DNA of 64,000 nucleotides from an uncultured Pseudomonadota bacterium (GCA_963775165.1 CAVZHX010000001.1:259823-323822); one strand, 5' to 3'; positions 22,853 through 34,545 are shown, counted from the stretch's first letter. Numbers and translations: made by a program. The notes: a model not told the origin generated them from the letters alone.

Positions 22853-24742
22853 TCACGATCCGGTGCCCGTCACCTGATCGACCATCTTCTGGTTGACGGT
22901 GACGCCTTGGCGCTTGCGCGCGGCCAGCGCGAAGGTGGTGGGAATGTCCTGGCCGATCTGGTTGCCGATCTGGCTGACGAACTGGTTGTAGCGCGGGTCG
23001 GCGGTCAGCGAGGCCGGCGGATGGGCGATGCCGGTAACGCGCGCGACGATGTAGTCGTCGCCTTTGGCGGCCTTGCCATAGACGGCGGTGCCGGGCGGGG
23101 CGTCGAAAATCTTGGTGACCAGCTCGACCGGGAATTCTGCGGTCTTCTCGCCGCGACCGAACGCGCCGCTTTTCTCGATCTTCGCGTTGAGCGATTTGGC
23201 GGCGGCGTCGAGGCTCTTGTCCTTGGTCGCCTCGTCGGCCAGCGATTTGGCCCTGGCTTCGAGCGCGGCCTGCTGCTTGGCGCGCGTCCATTCCATTTCG
23301 GCCTTGGCGCGCACCTGGCCCAGCGGCTTGAGCTTGGGCGGGGTGATGCCTTCGACCTTTAGCACATAGGCGCTGCCGTCCTTGGTCTGGAAGGGGTCGC
23401 CGGCAACGCCGGTGTCGGCGCTGAAGACCTGGCTCATGAACTGCGGATCGGCGGGCATGTCGGCCTTGGTACCCTCGGCGGTCATGCCGTCCTTGTCGAC
23501 CGTTTTGATCTCGACCGTCTTCATGCCGGCCTTCTTGGCGGCCTCGACGAGTGTGTCGCCGCCGGCCACGGCGTCCTCGTAGGCGTTGACCATGTCGGTG
23601 ATCTTGTTGACGGCGAGCTTTTGCAGCACCTCTTTCTTGATCGCGTCCTTGACCTCGTCGAAGCTCTTGGAGGTGCCGGGCACGATTTTGGTCACCTTGA
23701 GCAGCACCCAGCCGAAGGTGCCTTTGACGGGTTTGGAGACCTCGTCCTGCTTGAGCGCGAAGGCGGCCGTGCCGCGGTCGCCGCCGAGATCGGATTGCGT
23801 GAGTTCGCCCAGCGCGATGTCGCTGGGTTTCAGCTTGCGCGATTTGGCGACGTCCTCGAAGCTGGTGCCGGCGGCGATCTTGGCGCTGGCGGCTTCGGCG
23901 GTCTTCTGGTCGGGGAAGGTGATCTGCTCGATGCCGCGCTTCTCGGCCACCTGATACTGGCTCTTGCGCAATTCGTATTCGGTCTGGAGCTGCTTGTCGG
24001 TGACCGAGACCTGATCCATCACTTGGTCCGGCGTGATCTCGGCATAGGTGAGGTCGCGGTATTCCGGCGTGCTGAATTCCTTGGTGTGGGCCTTGACGTA
24101 GGTTTCGAGCTCGGCGTCCGTGGGCTTGGGGACGGCGCCGGCGGCCGAAGGCGGCACATCGATGTAATCGACGGCGCGCTGCTCGTTGAGGAAATCGAAC
24201 AGGGCGCGCGCGTAACCGGTCGGAACTTGCAGGCCGCCGCTGGTGGCGTCGAGAAGCTGGCTACGCGCGGTATCCGAGCGCACCGCGTCGATGAAGCTCT
24301 GCTCGGTGAAACCGGCCTGCTGGATCGCCTGCAGGAAGGTGTTGTGGTCGAAGCTGCCGGTGGGCCCGGCGAAGGCCGGGATGGTCTTGATCTGCTCGGC
24401 GACGTCCTGGTCGGACGTCGTCAGGCCCAACCGCGCCACTTCGGCATCGATGGCGGTGCGGCTGACGATCTGGTCGAGCGCCTGCTGCGGCAGACCCAGC
24501 GCCTGCGCCTGCTCGGAGCTGAGCTGGGTACCGAGCTGCTGGCTCTCGGTGCGCAGCAGGTTCTGGTATTCGTGCTGGAAGGTGTCCTGCGAGATGGTGG
24601 CGTCGCCCACCGTGGCCACCGTGGTGTCGGCGTTGCTGCGGAAGATGTCGGCCACGCCCCAGACCCCGAAGCTGAGTGCCAGGAGCCCCAGGAAGATCGA
24701 GGCGAGCCAGGAACTGGCGAATTTGCGCATTTGCTGAAGCAT
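22853..24742 (-). CDS. ppiD: PpiD-like SurA N-terminal/rotamase periplasmic chaperone
   Basis: N-terminal TM (LLALSFGVWGVAD), SurA_N region, rotamase-like repeats; divergent from tpiA. Confidence 0.85.
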   Translation of the reverse strand: MLQQMRKFASSWLASIFLGLLALSFGVWGVADIFRSNADTTVATVGDATISQDTFQHEYQNLLRTESQQLGTQLSSEQAQALGLPQQALDQIVSRTAIDAEVARLGLTTSDQDVAEQIKTIPAFAGPTGSFDHNTFLQAIQQAGFTEQSFIDAVRSDTARSQLLDATSGGLQVPTGYARALFDFLNEQRAVDYIDVPPSAAGAVPKPTDAELETYVKAHTKEFSTPEYRDLTYAEITPDQVMDQVSVTDKQLQTEYELRKSQYQVAEKRGIEQITFPDQKTAEAASAKIAAGTSFEDVAKSRKLKPSDIALGELTQSDLGGDRGTAAFALKQDEVSKPVKGTFGWVLLKVTKIVPGTSKSFDEVKDAIKKEVLQKLAVNKITDMVNAYEDAVAGGDTLVEAAKKAGMKTVEIKTVDKDGMTAEGTKADMPADPQFMSQVFSADTGVAGDPFQTKDGSAYVLKVEGITPPKLKPLGQVRAKAEMEWTRAKQQAALEARAKSLADEATKDKSLDAAAKSLNAKIEKSGAFGRGEKTAEFPVELVTKIFDAPPGTAVYGKAAKGDDYIVARVTGIAHPPASLTADPRYNQFVSQIGNQIGQDIPTTFALAARKRQGVTVNQKMVDQVTGTGS

Positions 24743-24844
24743 GGAGGGGTCCGGGCGTGGTGGTGAAAGGCCGCGGATGATAGGGAGAGGGCGCGGGTAC
24801 GGCAAGGCGGCCGCCCCCTCGGGATCGCGGAAAAGCGGAGGAAT

Positions 24845-25604
24845 ATGGGTCGCATGCGCGCGCTGATCGCAGGGAATTGGAAAATGAACGGGACCTCGGC
24901 AAATTTGCGCGAGATCGCCCTCCTGGCCGCGCGCGTGGCCGCGGCCCCGCCCGCCGCCGAGCTCCTGATCTGCCCGCCGGCCACGCTCATCGCCCGCGCC
25001 GTCGAAACCGCGTCGGGCCGCATCGCCATCGGCGGCCAGGACTGCCGTGCCGAGGCTTGCGGCGCCTTTACCGGCGACATCAGCGCCGAGATGCTGGCCG
25101 ATGCCGGTGCCGAGGCCGTGATAGTGGGCCATTCGGAGTGCCGGCTCTATCGCAGCGAGCTCGATGCGGCCGTCGCGGCGAAGGCAAGAGCCGCCTGGCG
25201 CGCCGGCCTCACGCCCATCATCTGCGTCGGCGAGAGCGAGGCCGAGCGCGACGCCGGCAAGGCGCTTGACGGTCGTCGCTGGCCAGATCGCCGGCAGCGT
25301 GCCCGAAGGTGCGGCGAGCCGCGCCGCCGTGGTCGCCTATGAGCCGGTCTGGGCCATCGGCACCGGCCGGACGCCGACCGCCGCCCAGATCGCCGAGATG
25401 CACGGGGCGATCCGGGCGATGCTGACCGCGCGTTTCGGCGCCGCCGGGGCGGCGATCCGCATTCTCTATGGCGGTTCGGTCAAGCCGTCGAACGCGGCGG
25501 AGATTCTGGCGGTGAAGGAAGTCGGCGGCGCGCTCGTCGGCGGCGCCAGCCTCGATGCAGAAGATTTTAGCAAAATCGTCGCGGCCGCGCCGCCGGAGGT
25601 TTAA
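24845..25604 (+). CDS. tpiA: Triosephosphate isomerase (one frameshift near 25270)
   Basis: [46 protein letters not shown]. Confidence 0.93.
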
Positions 25605-25683
25605 CCAAACCTTAGCACCCTTCCTTAACTCGCCGCTGAGACCCTTCGCTTCGAGCGAACAACAAGGTGGGCAGGCGCGCGAA

Positions 25684-26646
25684 ATGGCACGCATCATTTA
25701 CGACACGGCGGAAACCCTGATCTACGATCCGGTGACGTCCAACCGCGGTACCACGCGGTCGGCGCTCTATTCGATCGGTTTTCGCCGCATCGAAACGGTG
25801 GCGACGCTCAAGGACTTCAACGACTACATCATCCGCCGTCCGCCGGATCTGGCGATCTGCGAGGCCCAGGGCGCCGAAGCCGAATTGAGCCGGGTCATCC
25901 AGACGCTGAGGCAGGGCACCGTCGCCTACAATCCCTTTCTCGTCATCATCGTCACGGCCTGGGAGAACAAACACAGCCTGGTGCAGCAGGTAATCAATTC
26001 CGGCGCCGACGATCTGATCCTGAGACCGTACTCGACCGCGCTTATGGAAAACCGCATCCGGCTGCACGTCGAGAAGCGCAAGGGCTTCGTCATCACCTCC
26101 GAATATGTCGGGCCGGACCGCCGCCATCGCGAGCGGCTGGGCGGCACGCATGTTTTCGTTCCGCCCAATTCGCTCAAGATGAAGGCGAAGGACCGCATCC
26201 CGCCCGACGAGGCGGCGCAGCGACTCGAAGCCGAACTTGAGCTCGCCCGCGATCTTCTGACCACCGAGAAGCTGCGCCGCGACGCCTTCCAGATATGCGT
26301 GCTGTGGCGGCTGTTGCAGGACAATTCGCTGACGCAGTCCAAATTCGAGGCCCACCGCGCCAGGTTGAGCGAGGCCGTCAACGCCGTTTCCCGCCGCGCC
26401 GCCAACACCGATTACGACCGCGCTGTGGAATGGTGCGACGCACTGCTCGAAGCCATCCAGGGTCTGGATCTCGGCGTCGACCGCAACGCTTCGACGCATC
26501 TGCTCGGCCACGCCGCGCTCAGCCTCAACGCGATCTTCGCCGATGGCCGCAGCCGCGACGAAAGCCTGGCCGAAATCGACGAGGTGATCTCCAAGATCAA
26601 GGCCCGCCAGATCGATCCGCCGCTGCTGCGCGCCGGCGCGGCCTAA
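25684..26646 (+). CDS. Atypical receiver-domain protein with Cle-like Arg-rich motif and helical C-terminus
   Basis: Receiver fold (PDLAICE, IIVTA, GADDLILRPYS) then YVGPDRR. Confidence 0.75.
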   Translation: MARIIYDTAETLIYDPVTSNRGTTRSALYSIGFRRIETVATLKDFNDYIIRRPPDLAICEAQGAEAELSRVIQTLRQGTVAYNPFLVIIVTAWENKHSLVQQVINSGADDLILRPYSTALMENRIRLHVEKRKGFVITSEYVGPDRRHRERLGGTHVFVPPNSLKMKAKDRIPPDEAAQRLEAELELARDLLTTEKLRRDAFQICVLWRLLQDNSLTQSKFEAHRARLSEAVNAVSRRAANTDYDRAVEWCDALLEAIQGLDLGVDRNASTHLLGHAALSLNAIFADGRSRDESLAEIDEVISKIKARQIDPPLLRAGAA

Positions 26647-26647
26647 T

Positions 26648-26977
26648 TCACTGCTGGGCGCTGAGGCTCGCGCATTCGCTCAGGGCGACGTCGTAGCGCC
26701 GCTGCTGGGTGTCGGCGCTGAAGCCGTTGCCCGCGGCGTCGGACTTGGCCTGATCGGCAACCTGCTGACACCACCCCGATGCCACCGGGGCGGGCGCAGG
26801 CGCAACCTGGGCAGTCTGGTCCGGTTGGGAATCCTCGGCCACCGACTCGTCGTCCGAGCCGCCCAGCCCCACCGCCGACATGACGCCGCCGACCGCGCTG
26901 TCCACCGTGGAGCAGCCGGACAGCGACAGCTGCAGCGCCAGGAGGGCTGCGGCCCCAACCACCAATCCAATCCGCAT
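26648..26977 (-). CDS. Small predicted lipoprotein
   Basis: Signal peptide with LSGC lipobox; two further Cys. Confidence 0.7.
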   Translation of the reverse strand: MRIGLVVGAAALLALQLSLSGCSTVDSAVGGVMSAVGLGGSDDESVAEDSQPDQTAQVAPAPAPVASGWCQQVADQAKSDAAGNGFSADTQQRRYDVALSECASLSAQQ

Positions 26978-27171
26978 CTGGAGTTCCTCTTTCGACGCGC
27001 CCTTAAGTGCCGAGCCCTGCTTCTTCTTTATGCTCTTTTGTCGCCGATCAAAAGGGTTCTGTGGCGGCGCGGCACTTGGTCCGGCCCGGGGCCCCGCCCG
27101 GAGCGCCGGCCCGGGCTTCCATCGCGCCGGGCTTTCGTCTAAGACCCGCCGCGAACCTGGCCGGAGCCCCG

Positions 27172-27558
27172 ATGCAAACCATCCTCATCATGTTGCAGCT
27201 CTTCGTCTCGATCGCGCTGGTGATCGTGGTGCTGATGCAGAAGTCCGAGGGCGGCGCGCTGGGGATCGGCGGCGGCGGCGGCGGCGGGATGGGCGGGCTG
27301 TTCTCGCCGCGCGGGGCGGCAGACACGCTGACCCGCACGACGGCGATTCTCGCCATCCTGTTCTTCCTGACCTCGATGGCGCTGACGCTTCTGGCGCTGC
27401 ACGGCCGCCCGCAAGGCTCGATCCTCGATTCGGGCTCGAACAATTCGCTGTCCGCGCCCATCATCAAAAAGTCGGGCACGCCGGCGCCCAAGCCGGCCTC
27501 AAAGCCGGCCGGTCCCGCGCTTCCGGCGGTGCCGGGCCTGCCTTCGCCGCAACAATAG
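27172..27558 (+). CDS. secG: Preprotein translocase subunit SecG
   Basis: VVLMQKSEGGALG, LTRTTAILA; upstream of pyrG. Confidence 0.93.
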   Translation: MQTILIMLQLFVSIALVIVVLMQKSEGGALGIGGGGGGGMGGLFSPRGAADTLTRTTAILAILFFLTSMALTLLALHGRPQGSILDSGSNNSLSAPIIKKSGTPAPKPASKPAGPALPAVPGLPSPQQ

Positions 27559-27615
27559 AGATGCGCGGGGGCCATTTCCCGCGCTTTTCGGAAAATCTTT
27601 GCCGATGTCGAGTGA

Positions 27616-29307
<1,692 letters not shown>

Positions 29308-29308
<1 letters not shown>

Positions 29309-29814
29309 TGGCGTCGCAGCCGCGCTCCCGCAAATATAATTCTGACAATCTAATCCCGATGTTTCGGCTGGCTGCGAAGCTCTGCATTGCGATGAGAGCT
29401 GAAGGCTTTACCGACAATGGGGGTGCCATTCACAGCGCCGAACGCATCTTGAACCTCTTGGGATTATGCCTGAAATATCCGGAAATCAGCCATATCAACA
29501 ATCTTAGGAAATGCAGGCAAGCAGAGTTTTCTGTCGATGCGCTCGCGGCGTTCAAGCGTGGCGAAAAGGTCCTTATCGAGCACGTAGCGCCGGTTCGCGA
29601 TTTCACGCGCAAGGCCATCGAACAGCTTCAGTGTGGCGCGACTGATGCTGAGTTTGAAAGGTTTGTGCGGAAAAACTATCGGCTCGTGCTGCTAGCTCCC
29701 GACGAGGCGCTGCGGTTGAATAGACTGAACAGATCAAAGATGGACCGGCATCGTCTTTCCAAGGCGGGCATCCGCATAGCTTCCAGGAAGCACCCGAAAC
29801 AAAAGGGTATCTAG
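29308..29814 (+). CDS. Hypothetical protein, possible His-Me finger nuclease-like
   Basis: 168 aa; ATG overlaps pyrG stop (TGATG); visibly lower GC; IEHVAPV motif. Confidence 0.65.
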
Positions 29815-30114
29815 TCAAGCTGCCCTGAGCGCCTTCTGCACCGCCTTCGGATTGCGGTCGATGACGAGCAGGTAAGCCCGCGTCGGACCCTCGGGCACGC
29901 GCGTGCCGTGCTCCCAATGGCGAAGCGTATTGACGCTGAAGCCGAATTCGCGGGCGAACTTTTCCTGCGTCATGCCGAGCTTCTTGCGGATCGCGCGCAC
30001 ATCGATCTCGCCGGGCACATGGACGCGATATTTGCTCACGTCCGCCTCACCCTTGGCGTAGGCGAGGGCCTCTTCGAGCCCGCGTTTGATGCTCTTTGCG
30101 ACAGCCTTACTCAT
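29815..30114 (-). CDS. XRE-HTH antitoxin (HigA-2-like)
   Basis: IDVRAIRKKLGMTQEKFA..TLRHWEHG.R.PEGP. Confidence 0.88.
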   Translation of the reverse strand: MSKAVAKSIKRGLEEALAYAKGEADVSKYRVHVPGEIDVRAIRKKLGMTQEKFAREFGFSVNTLRHWEHGTRVPEGPTRAYLLVIDRNPKAVQKALRAA

Positions 30115-30467
30115 GGCTTTGCCCTTCCGTAGTGTTCGACCAGTAGTTTCGCCAGTTGTCTGAATTCATTCCGTTCCGATTGGCTCAAATCCGCGCGGAC
30201 ATTCTTAGCGTAAGCAGTGATCAGAAAGAGCGGCAGATGCTCGCTGTGATAGAAGTAGATCACTCGCGCCCCGCCGCGTTTGCCGCGTCCCTCCAGGGCC
30301 CAGCGTAGCTTGCGCACACCACCAGCACCCTGGATCAGGTCGCCTGCCTGCGGATGCACCGCCAGAAAATCCACAAGTGCCGCGCGCTCATCTTCATCCA
30401 TCAGCTTGCGCGTCGCGGCCAGGAAGGTCGGCGTTTCCACAACCGTGACCGGGTCGGCGCCAATCAT
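30111..30467 (-). CDS. RelE/HigB-2-like toxin
   Basis: GDLIQGAGGVRKLRW..GKRGGARVIYFY, AYAKN; ATGA overlap with antitoxin. Confidence 0.9.
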   Translation of the reverse strand: MIGADPVTVVETPTFLAATRKLMDEDERAALVDFLAVHPQAGDLIQGAGGVRKLRWALEGRGKRGGARVIYFYHSEHLPLFLITAYAKNVRADLSQSERNEFRQLAKLLVEHYGRAKP

Positions 30468-30475
30468 TTTTTCAT

Positions 30476-30494
30476 ACTAATCCATTGGATCAGT
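30476..30494 (-). promoter_or_regulatory. Inverted-repeat operator in the TA promoter
   Basis: ACTAATCCA-T-TGGATCAGT (one mismatch) overlapping a minus-strand TTGATG-17bp-TAGTAT promoter. Confidence 0.65.
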
Positions 30495-30554
30495 TTCATC
30501 AACAGGCCCCATACCCTTAGGAATTCGTAAATGCGCGGCGCCTAGGATCGGGCC

Positions 30555-31457
30555 ATGCGCACTGCCGCCACCATTCTCTCGCTTTTGTTCTGCGCGTGCC
30601 TCGCCACACCTGCGCTGGCCGCGGCAGGGACCGCGCAGCCGGTGGCAGACCCGCCGCTGCGCTATAGCGCCGAGCTTCCGCCCGGCGATTCCGGCACGCC
30701 CGGCGAGCCCGGCTATGCGCGCCAGCCAGAGCCCGATTTCAGCCAGCCCACTGCGCCCGCCGCCAAGCCCGACGCCCATCCGCCGATGCGCTACAGCGTC
30801 GAGGACGAGGGCCCGGGTCCGCTCACCGCCAATCCGCCCGCGACGCCCCAGCCGCAGGCCGGCACGCGCGCGCAGCGTTATTCGGTCCAGAATATCTCGG
30901 CGCCCGAACAGGCGACGGTCACCGGACGCAGCCAGGGCTACCGCCTGGGCACCGGCGACAAGGTCCACGTCACCGTCTATGGCGAGAGCGATCTCACCGG
31001 CGATTACGAGGTCGCCGGCAACGGCCGCATCGCCTTTCCGCTGATCGGCGAGGTCCAGGCCGGCGGGCTGACCGCGCCCCAGTTCGGAAACGAGCTGACC
31101 GGCAAGCTGTCCGCGGGCTATCTCAAGGATCCGCGCGTCGCCGTCGAGGTCACGACCTACCGGCCGTTCTACATCATCGGCCAGGTCAACCGGCCCGGCC
31201 GCTACGCCTATGCCGACGGCATGACGGCGATGAACGCGGTCGGCCTGGCCGGCGGCTTCACGTCCGAGGCCACCGAGGCCGACGTCTATATCCGCCACGA
31301 GGGCCAGACCAAGGAAGTCGAGATGCCGGCCAACGATACGACCGCCATCGCGCCCGGCGATGTCGTGCGCGTGGCCGAAAGCCCGTTCTGGGCGCTGATG
31401 GACGTCATCACGCCGCTGTCGGGCGTCGCCAACACGGCGCGCTACGGGCTGCCCTGA
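30555..31457 (+). CDS. Polysaccharide export (OPX/Wza-like) protein
   Basis: YRLGTGDKVHVTVYGE..G.IAFPLIGEV (Poly_export) and GQVNRPGRY..AGGF (SLBB); Pro-rich N-terminal extension. Confidence 0.88.
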   Translation: MRTAATILSLLFCACLATPALAAAGTAQPVADPPLRYSAELPPGDSGTPGEPGYARQPEPDFSQPTAPAAKPDAHPPMRYSVEDEGPGPLTANPPATPQPQAGTRAQRYSVQNISAPEQATVTGRSQGYRLGTGDKVHVTVYGESDLTGDYEVAGNGRIAFPLIGEVQAGGLTAPQFGNELTGKLSAGYLKDPRVAVEVTTYRPFYIIGQVNRPGRYAYADGMTAMNAVGLAGGFTSEATEADVYIRHEGQTKEVEMPANDTTAIAPGDVVRVAESPFWALMDVITPLSGVANTARYGLP

Positions 31458-31932
31458 TCCATCCGCGACGACCTAGTCGGCGCCGCCTGTTTTCGGAGCA
31501 TGGCCGTCCTCGGCGCGACTTTAGTTACATATGCGCAATTGTTGTGAAATGTTGCTGCCGTTAAGACGAAATCGCTTGGGCAGCCGGAAGCCCGCCACCA
31601 TCGAAGATGCGACATTAGCTCTTGGCTCATATGCAAGTGTGATTCTGCCAACGGCCGAGCGGACGCCGGCAGCAACTGTTGTATTAAAAACACGCCTGTG
31701 AGTATTGTATCACAAATCCGCGCAAAATTACCCCGGCTAAGGGAGTGAGTCCGACAAGGCGCGAGTTTCTTGCGAAACGCGGCCCACGCGTCTGGTGATA
31801 TTTTCGAATTTTTCGATTTTTCGCGTCGCGCCAGGAACTATTTCATTGACGAATTAAAACGACCCGGCTGATAGTTACCGCAGATAACATAAACATACCC
31901 GATAGCTTCGATCGAAGCAGGGGGGGGGGCCA

Positions 31933-33340
31933 ATGGATCTGTTCCTTTTGAATTGGTCGCATTTGCATCTGCTGACGGCTGTTTTTCCGAGCGTCGGAAC
32001 TCATCTTCGCACTTGGTTTGTATGTTGCCGCGATGGTCACGAAAAGCGAGGGCATGCAGCGCGTCTGTTTGTTCGTTTTCAGCGGCCTAGCCGTCATCGG
32101 CATCGCGGCCATTATCAGCGGTCTCGGGTCGGCGGCGGATTTGGCCAGCCGCCCCGATATTTCCGCGGACCAGGTGGACGTCCACTACGACACGGCGATG
32201 GTCGCATCCGCTCTGCTTCTGATCACCGGCATTGTTTCGGGGGTCGTTTTGTGGCGGTCCTTGCGCGGCGCGCGTATCACCCGCAACGCGCTTCACTTGG
32301 TTCTAGGCCTGGGCCTTCTCACCCTGCTCTTGATGATCCTTGTGGGCGAGCTTGGCTGGGAGATCGCGCACCACGAACTTGGGATCACCTCTAGCAACAC
32401 TCCGCAGGTGTGGTCGCACATACATATCATCTTAAATCACTTCCCGACGGTCGGCTTCGTGTTCGCGATGTTCTTTTTCATTTACGGGCTCGTCAGGAAC
32501 AACGATGTGATGAAGCGGGGCGGCCTCGTTACCTTCGTCATCTGCGCGATCTTGGGGGTTTCGACCTATGTGACCGGCGCTTCCGCGATGTGGGCGTTAA
32601 CCGATCCACTGGTACCGGGAATCAACAAAGCCGCGATCAATGTTCATCGCGATTGGGCGTTGATGTCGCTGTTCGGTCTTGCCTTCACCGGCGTCACCGC
32701 CTGGATCGAGCTGTGGCGCTATCGCTACATCGGAAAATTTTCCAAGACATCGATTCGTCTGGTTCTGCTATTCTCCATCATCACGCTGGCCCTGCTGTAC
32801 GAGACCGGAAAGCTCGGCGGGCAGATCAATCATCCGGAACTCCGCGTCGCGGGGACCATTTATGCCCCGGCCGCGAGCTACTGGAGCCCGCAAATCGAAT
32901 CGCTGATCAACAACGTTATTTGGTTTGTGCCATGGCAGACCGTGCATTTCTTCGGTTACACGCTGGTCTTCGCCGTCGTGGTGGTTGTAGCTCTGCGCGT
33001 GCTGGGCTTTTGGAAATCCATACCGTTCTCGGCGGTGCATCGCTTGTTGCCGCTGGGCGTGTTCGCCGTGACCATGAATGTTTTTACCGGAATGTTGATG
33101 CTGATGGCCGATACCTCCCGCTATGTGAACGAGGTGGCGTTCTGGCCCAAGATGTTTTTCCTGCCGATCGGCGCGATGGCGGTGTTGTATTTCTCGCTCT
33201 CCGACGATCTTTGGAAGGTCAAGGCAGGCGAAGACGCACCGATGGTTTCCAAGTGGGTCTCCGCCCTGGTGCTGGTGTCTTGGACATTCGTGATCATGGG
33301 CGGGCGGCTGCTGCCCTATTTGGGAAGATACGGTTACTGA
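31933..33340 (+). CDS. Multi-pass membrane protein: two DUF2231-like repeats plus DUF6644-like domain (one extra A near 31998)
   Basis: Internal repeats WSHLHLL..FPSVG / WSHIHII..FPTVG and GELG.EIAH.EL / GKLG.QINH.EL; then QTVHFFG..FWPKM..GRLLPY. Confidence 0.7.
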
Positions 33341-33355
33341 CGGGGAGGAATAGAA

Positions 33356-33499
33356 ATGGCACTGTTTTTCTTGGTCGTGGCCGTTGTGTCGGTTGTTTTG
33401 AGCCTCATTGTGACCGCCATGTACCAATTGAATAAAGCCATAGATAAATCGGGCGCTGGCCCGACCGGCAGCGCCAGAAATAACAATCAAGGGGGATGA
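33356..33499 (+). CDS. 47-aa single-TM small protein (not in ORF track)
   Basis: GGGGAGGA RBS, MALFFLVVAVVSVVLSLIVTAMYQLNK..., stop overlaps next ATG (ATGA). Confidence 0.65.
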   Translation: MALFFLVVAVVSVVLSLIVTAMYQLNKAIDKSGAGPTGSARNNNQGG

Positions 33500-33993
33500 C
33501 CGTGTCCGTGCTCGATTGGCTGCAGACCACTGCATATTCGGCGTGGGTTAGGGAATCATGGGGCTGGGCACTTGCGTTGACGATCCATGCTTTCGGCAAC
33601 GCTCTGGTTGTAGGCCTCATCTTCATCATCGGCTTGCGTCTGTTCGGATTTTTCCGGACAATTCCTTATGCCTCATCGCTGAAGCTGTTTCCGTTCATCT
33701 GGTTTGGCGTCGTTTTCCAGTTCATGAGCGGCTTTACGCTGTGGATGACCAAGCCGGCGAAATATGTGACAGACGGCGTGTTCGACGTGAAATTCACGCT
33801 TGTGGTGATCGGCGTCGTGCTGACCTTCTTTTACCAAAAGACCATCCGGCGGGAGGTCGCCAACTGGCAAGCAGCGGGCGCCGTCTCGCGGCGCGGCATC
33901 ACGTTCGCCGCCGCCACATGCCTGGTGTGGGGCTTTGTGATCATCATGGGGCGGCTGACCGCCTATTTGGGAACCCTCTACGGCTACGGCTGA
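33496..33993 (+). CDS. DUF6644-like 4-TM membrane protein
   Basis: WLQTT..S.WVRES..W, TIHAFG, SGFTL, F.VKF, MGRLTAY; similar to C-terminal domain of the upstream protein. Confidence 0.75.
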   Translation: MTVSVLDWLQTTAYSAWVRESWGWALALTIHAFGNALVVGLIFIIGLRLFGFFRTIPYASSLKLFPFIWFGVVFQFMSGFTLWMTKPAKYVTDGVFDVKFTLVVIGVVLTFFYQKTIRREVANWQAAGAVSRRGITFAAATCLVWGFVIIMGRLTAYLGTLYGYG

Positions 33994-34063
33994 TCGCGCA
34001 TGGTGCCTGGCGCGGCGATGCCGCCGCGCCAGCGTAGCGCGAAAGGCCATTTTCCCCGGCGCT

Positions 34064-34492
34064 TTACTTTAACGTGTCCAGATATGCGATGACGTCGTCG
34101 ATGTCCTGCGCGTTGTGCAGGCCTGCGAAATTCATACGGACATTGGGGATGACCTTTTGCGGCGCGGCGATGTAGCGCTTGAGGGTGTCGTGGGTCCAGG
34201 TGATCCCGGAGTTTTTCAAGGCTTGGGAATAGCCAAAATCTTTGGCTTTTCCCGCCTTGCGTCCGACCACACCGAACAAATTCGGCCCGATACGGGTGGC
34301 GGCATCGGCCCGCGAGGCGTTGCTAAGGGCGAAATGGCACAGCGCGCAGGTGGTTTTGAAAATCTGACCGCCCCGAGCCGCATTGCCCTGCGCGAGCGCG
34401 GGCGACATGCCAACGGCGGAAAGCGCAACGGCAACGGCAATGGAACGGCGCGAACGCGAAGGGCGAGTCTGCGAAACTTCCGATTGGGTCAT
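34064..34492 (-). CDS. Class I cytochrome c (c2-like), periplasmic
   Basis: Signal peptide, CALCH, IGPNLFGVVGRKAG, PNVRMNFAG axial Met. Confidence 0.93.
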   Translation of the reverse strand: MTQSEVSQTRPSRSRRSIAVAVALSAVGMSPALAQGNAARGGQIFKTTCALCHFALSNASRADAATRIGPNLFGVVGRKAGKAKDFGYSQALKNSGITWTHDTLKRYIAAPQKVIPNVRMNFAGLHNAQDIDDVIAYLDTLK

Positions 34493-34545
34493 GGAGGAGT
34501 GGTACCGGCAAAGGCCGAGGTCCGCAATCCCCGAGGTCGCGCGCG

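Noticed and set aside
31697-31714. TGTGA-N8-TCACA as a CRP/FNR site
   Set aside because: Spacer is 8 bp, not 6; may be another regulator's site but cannot be assigned
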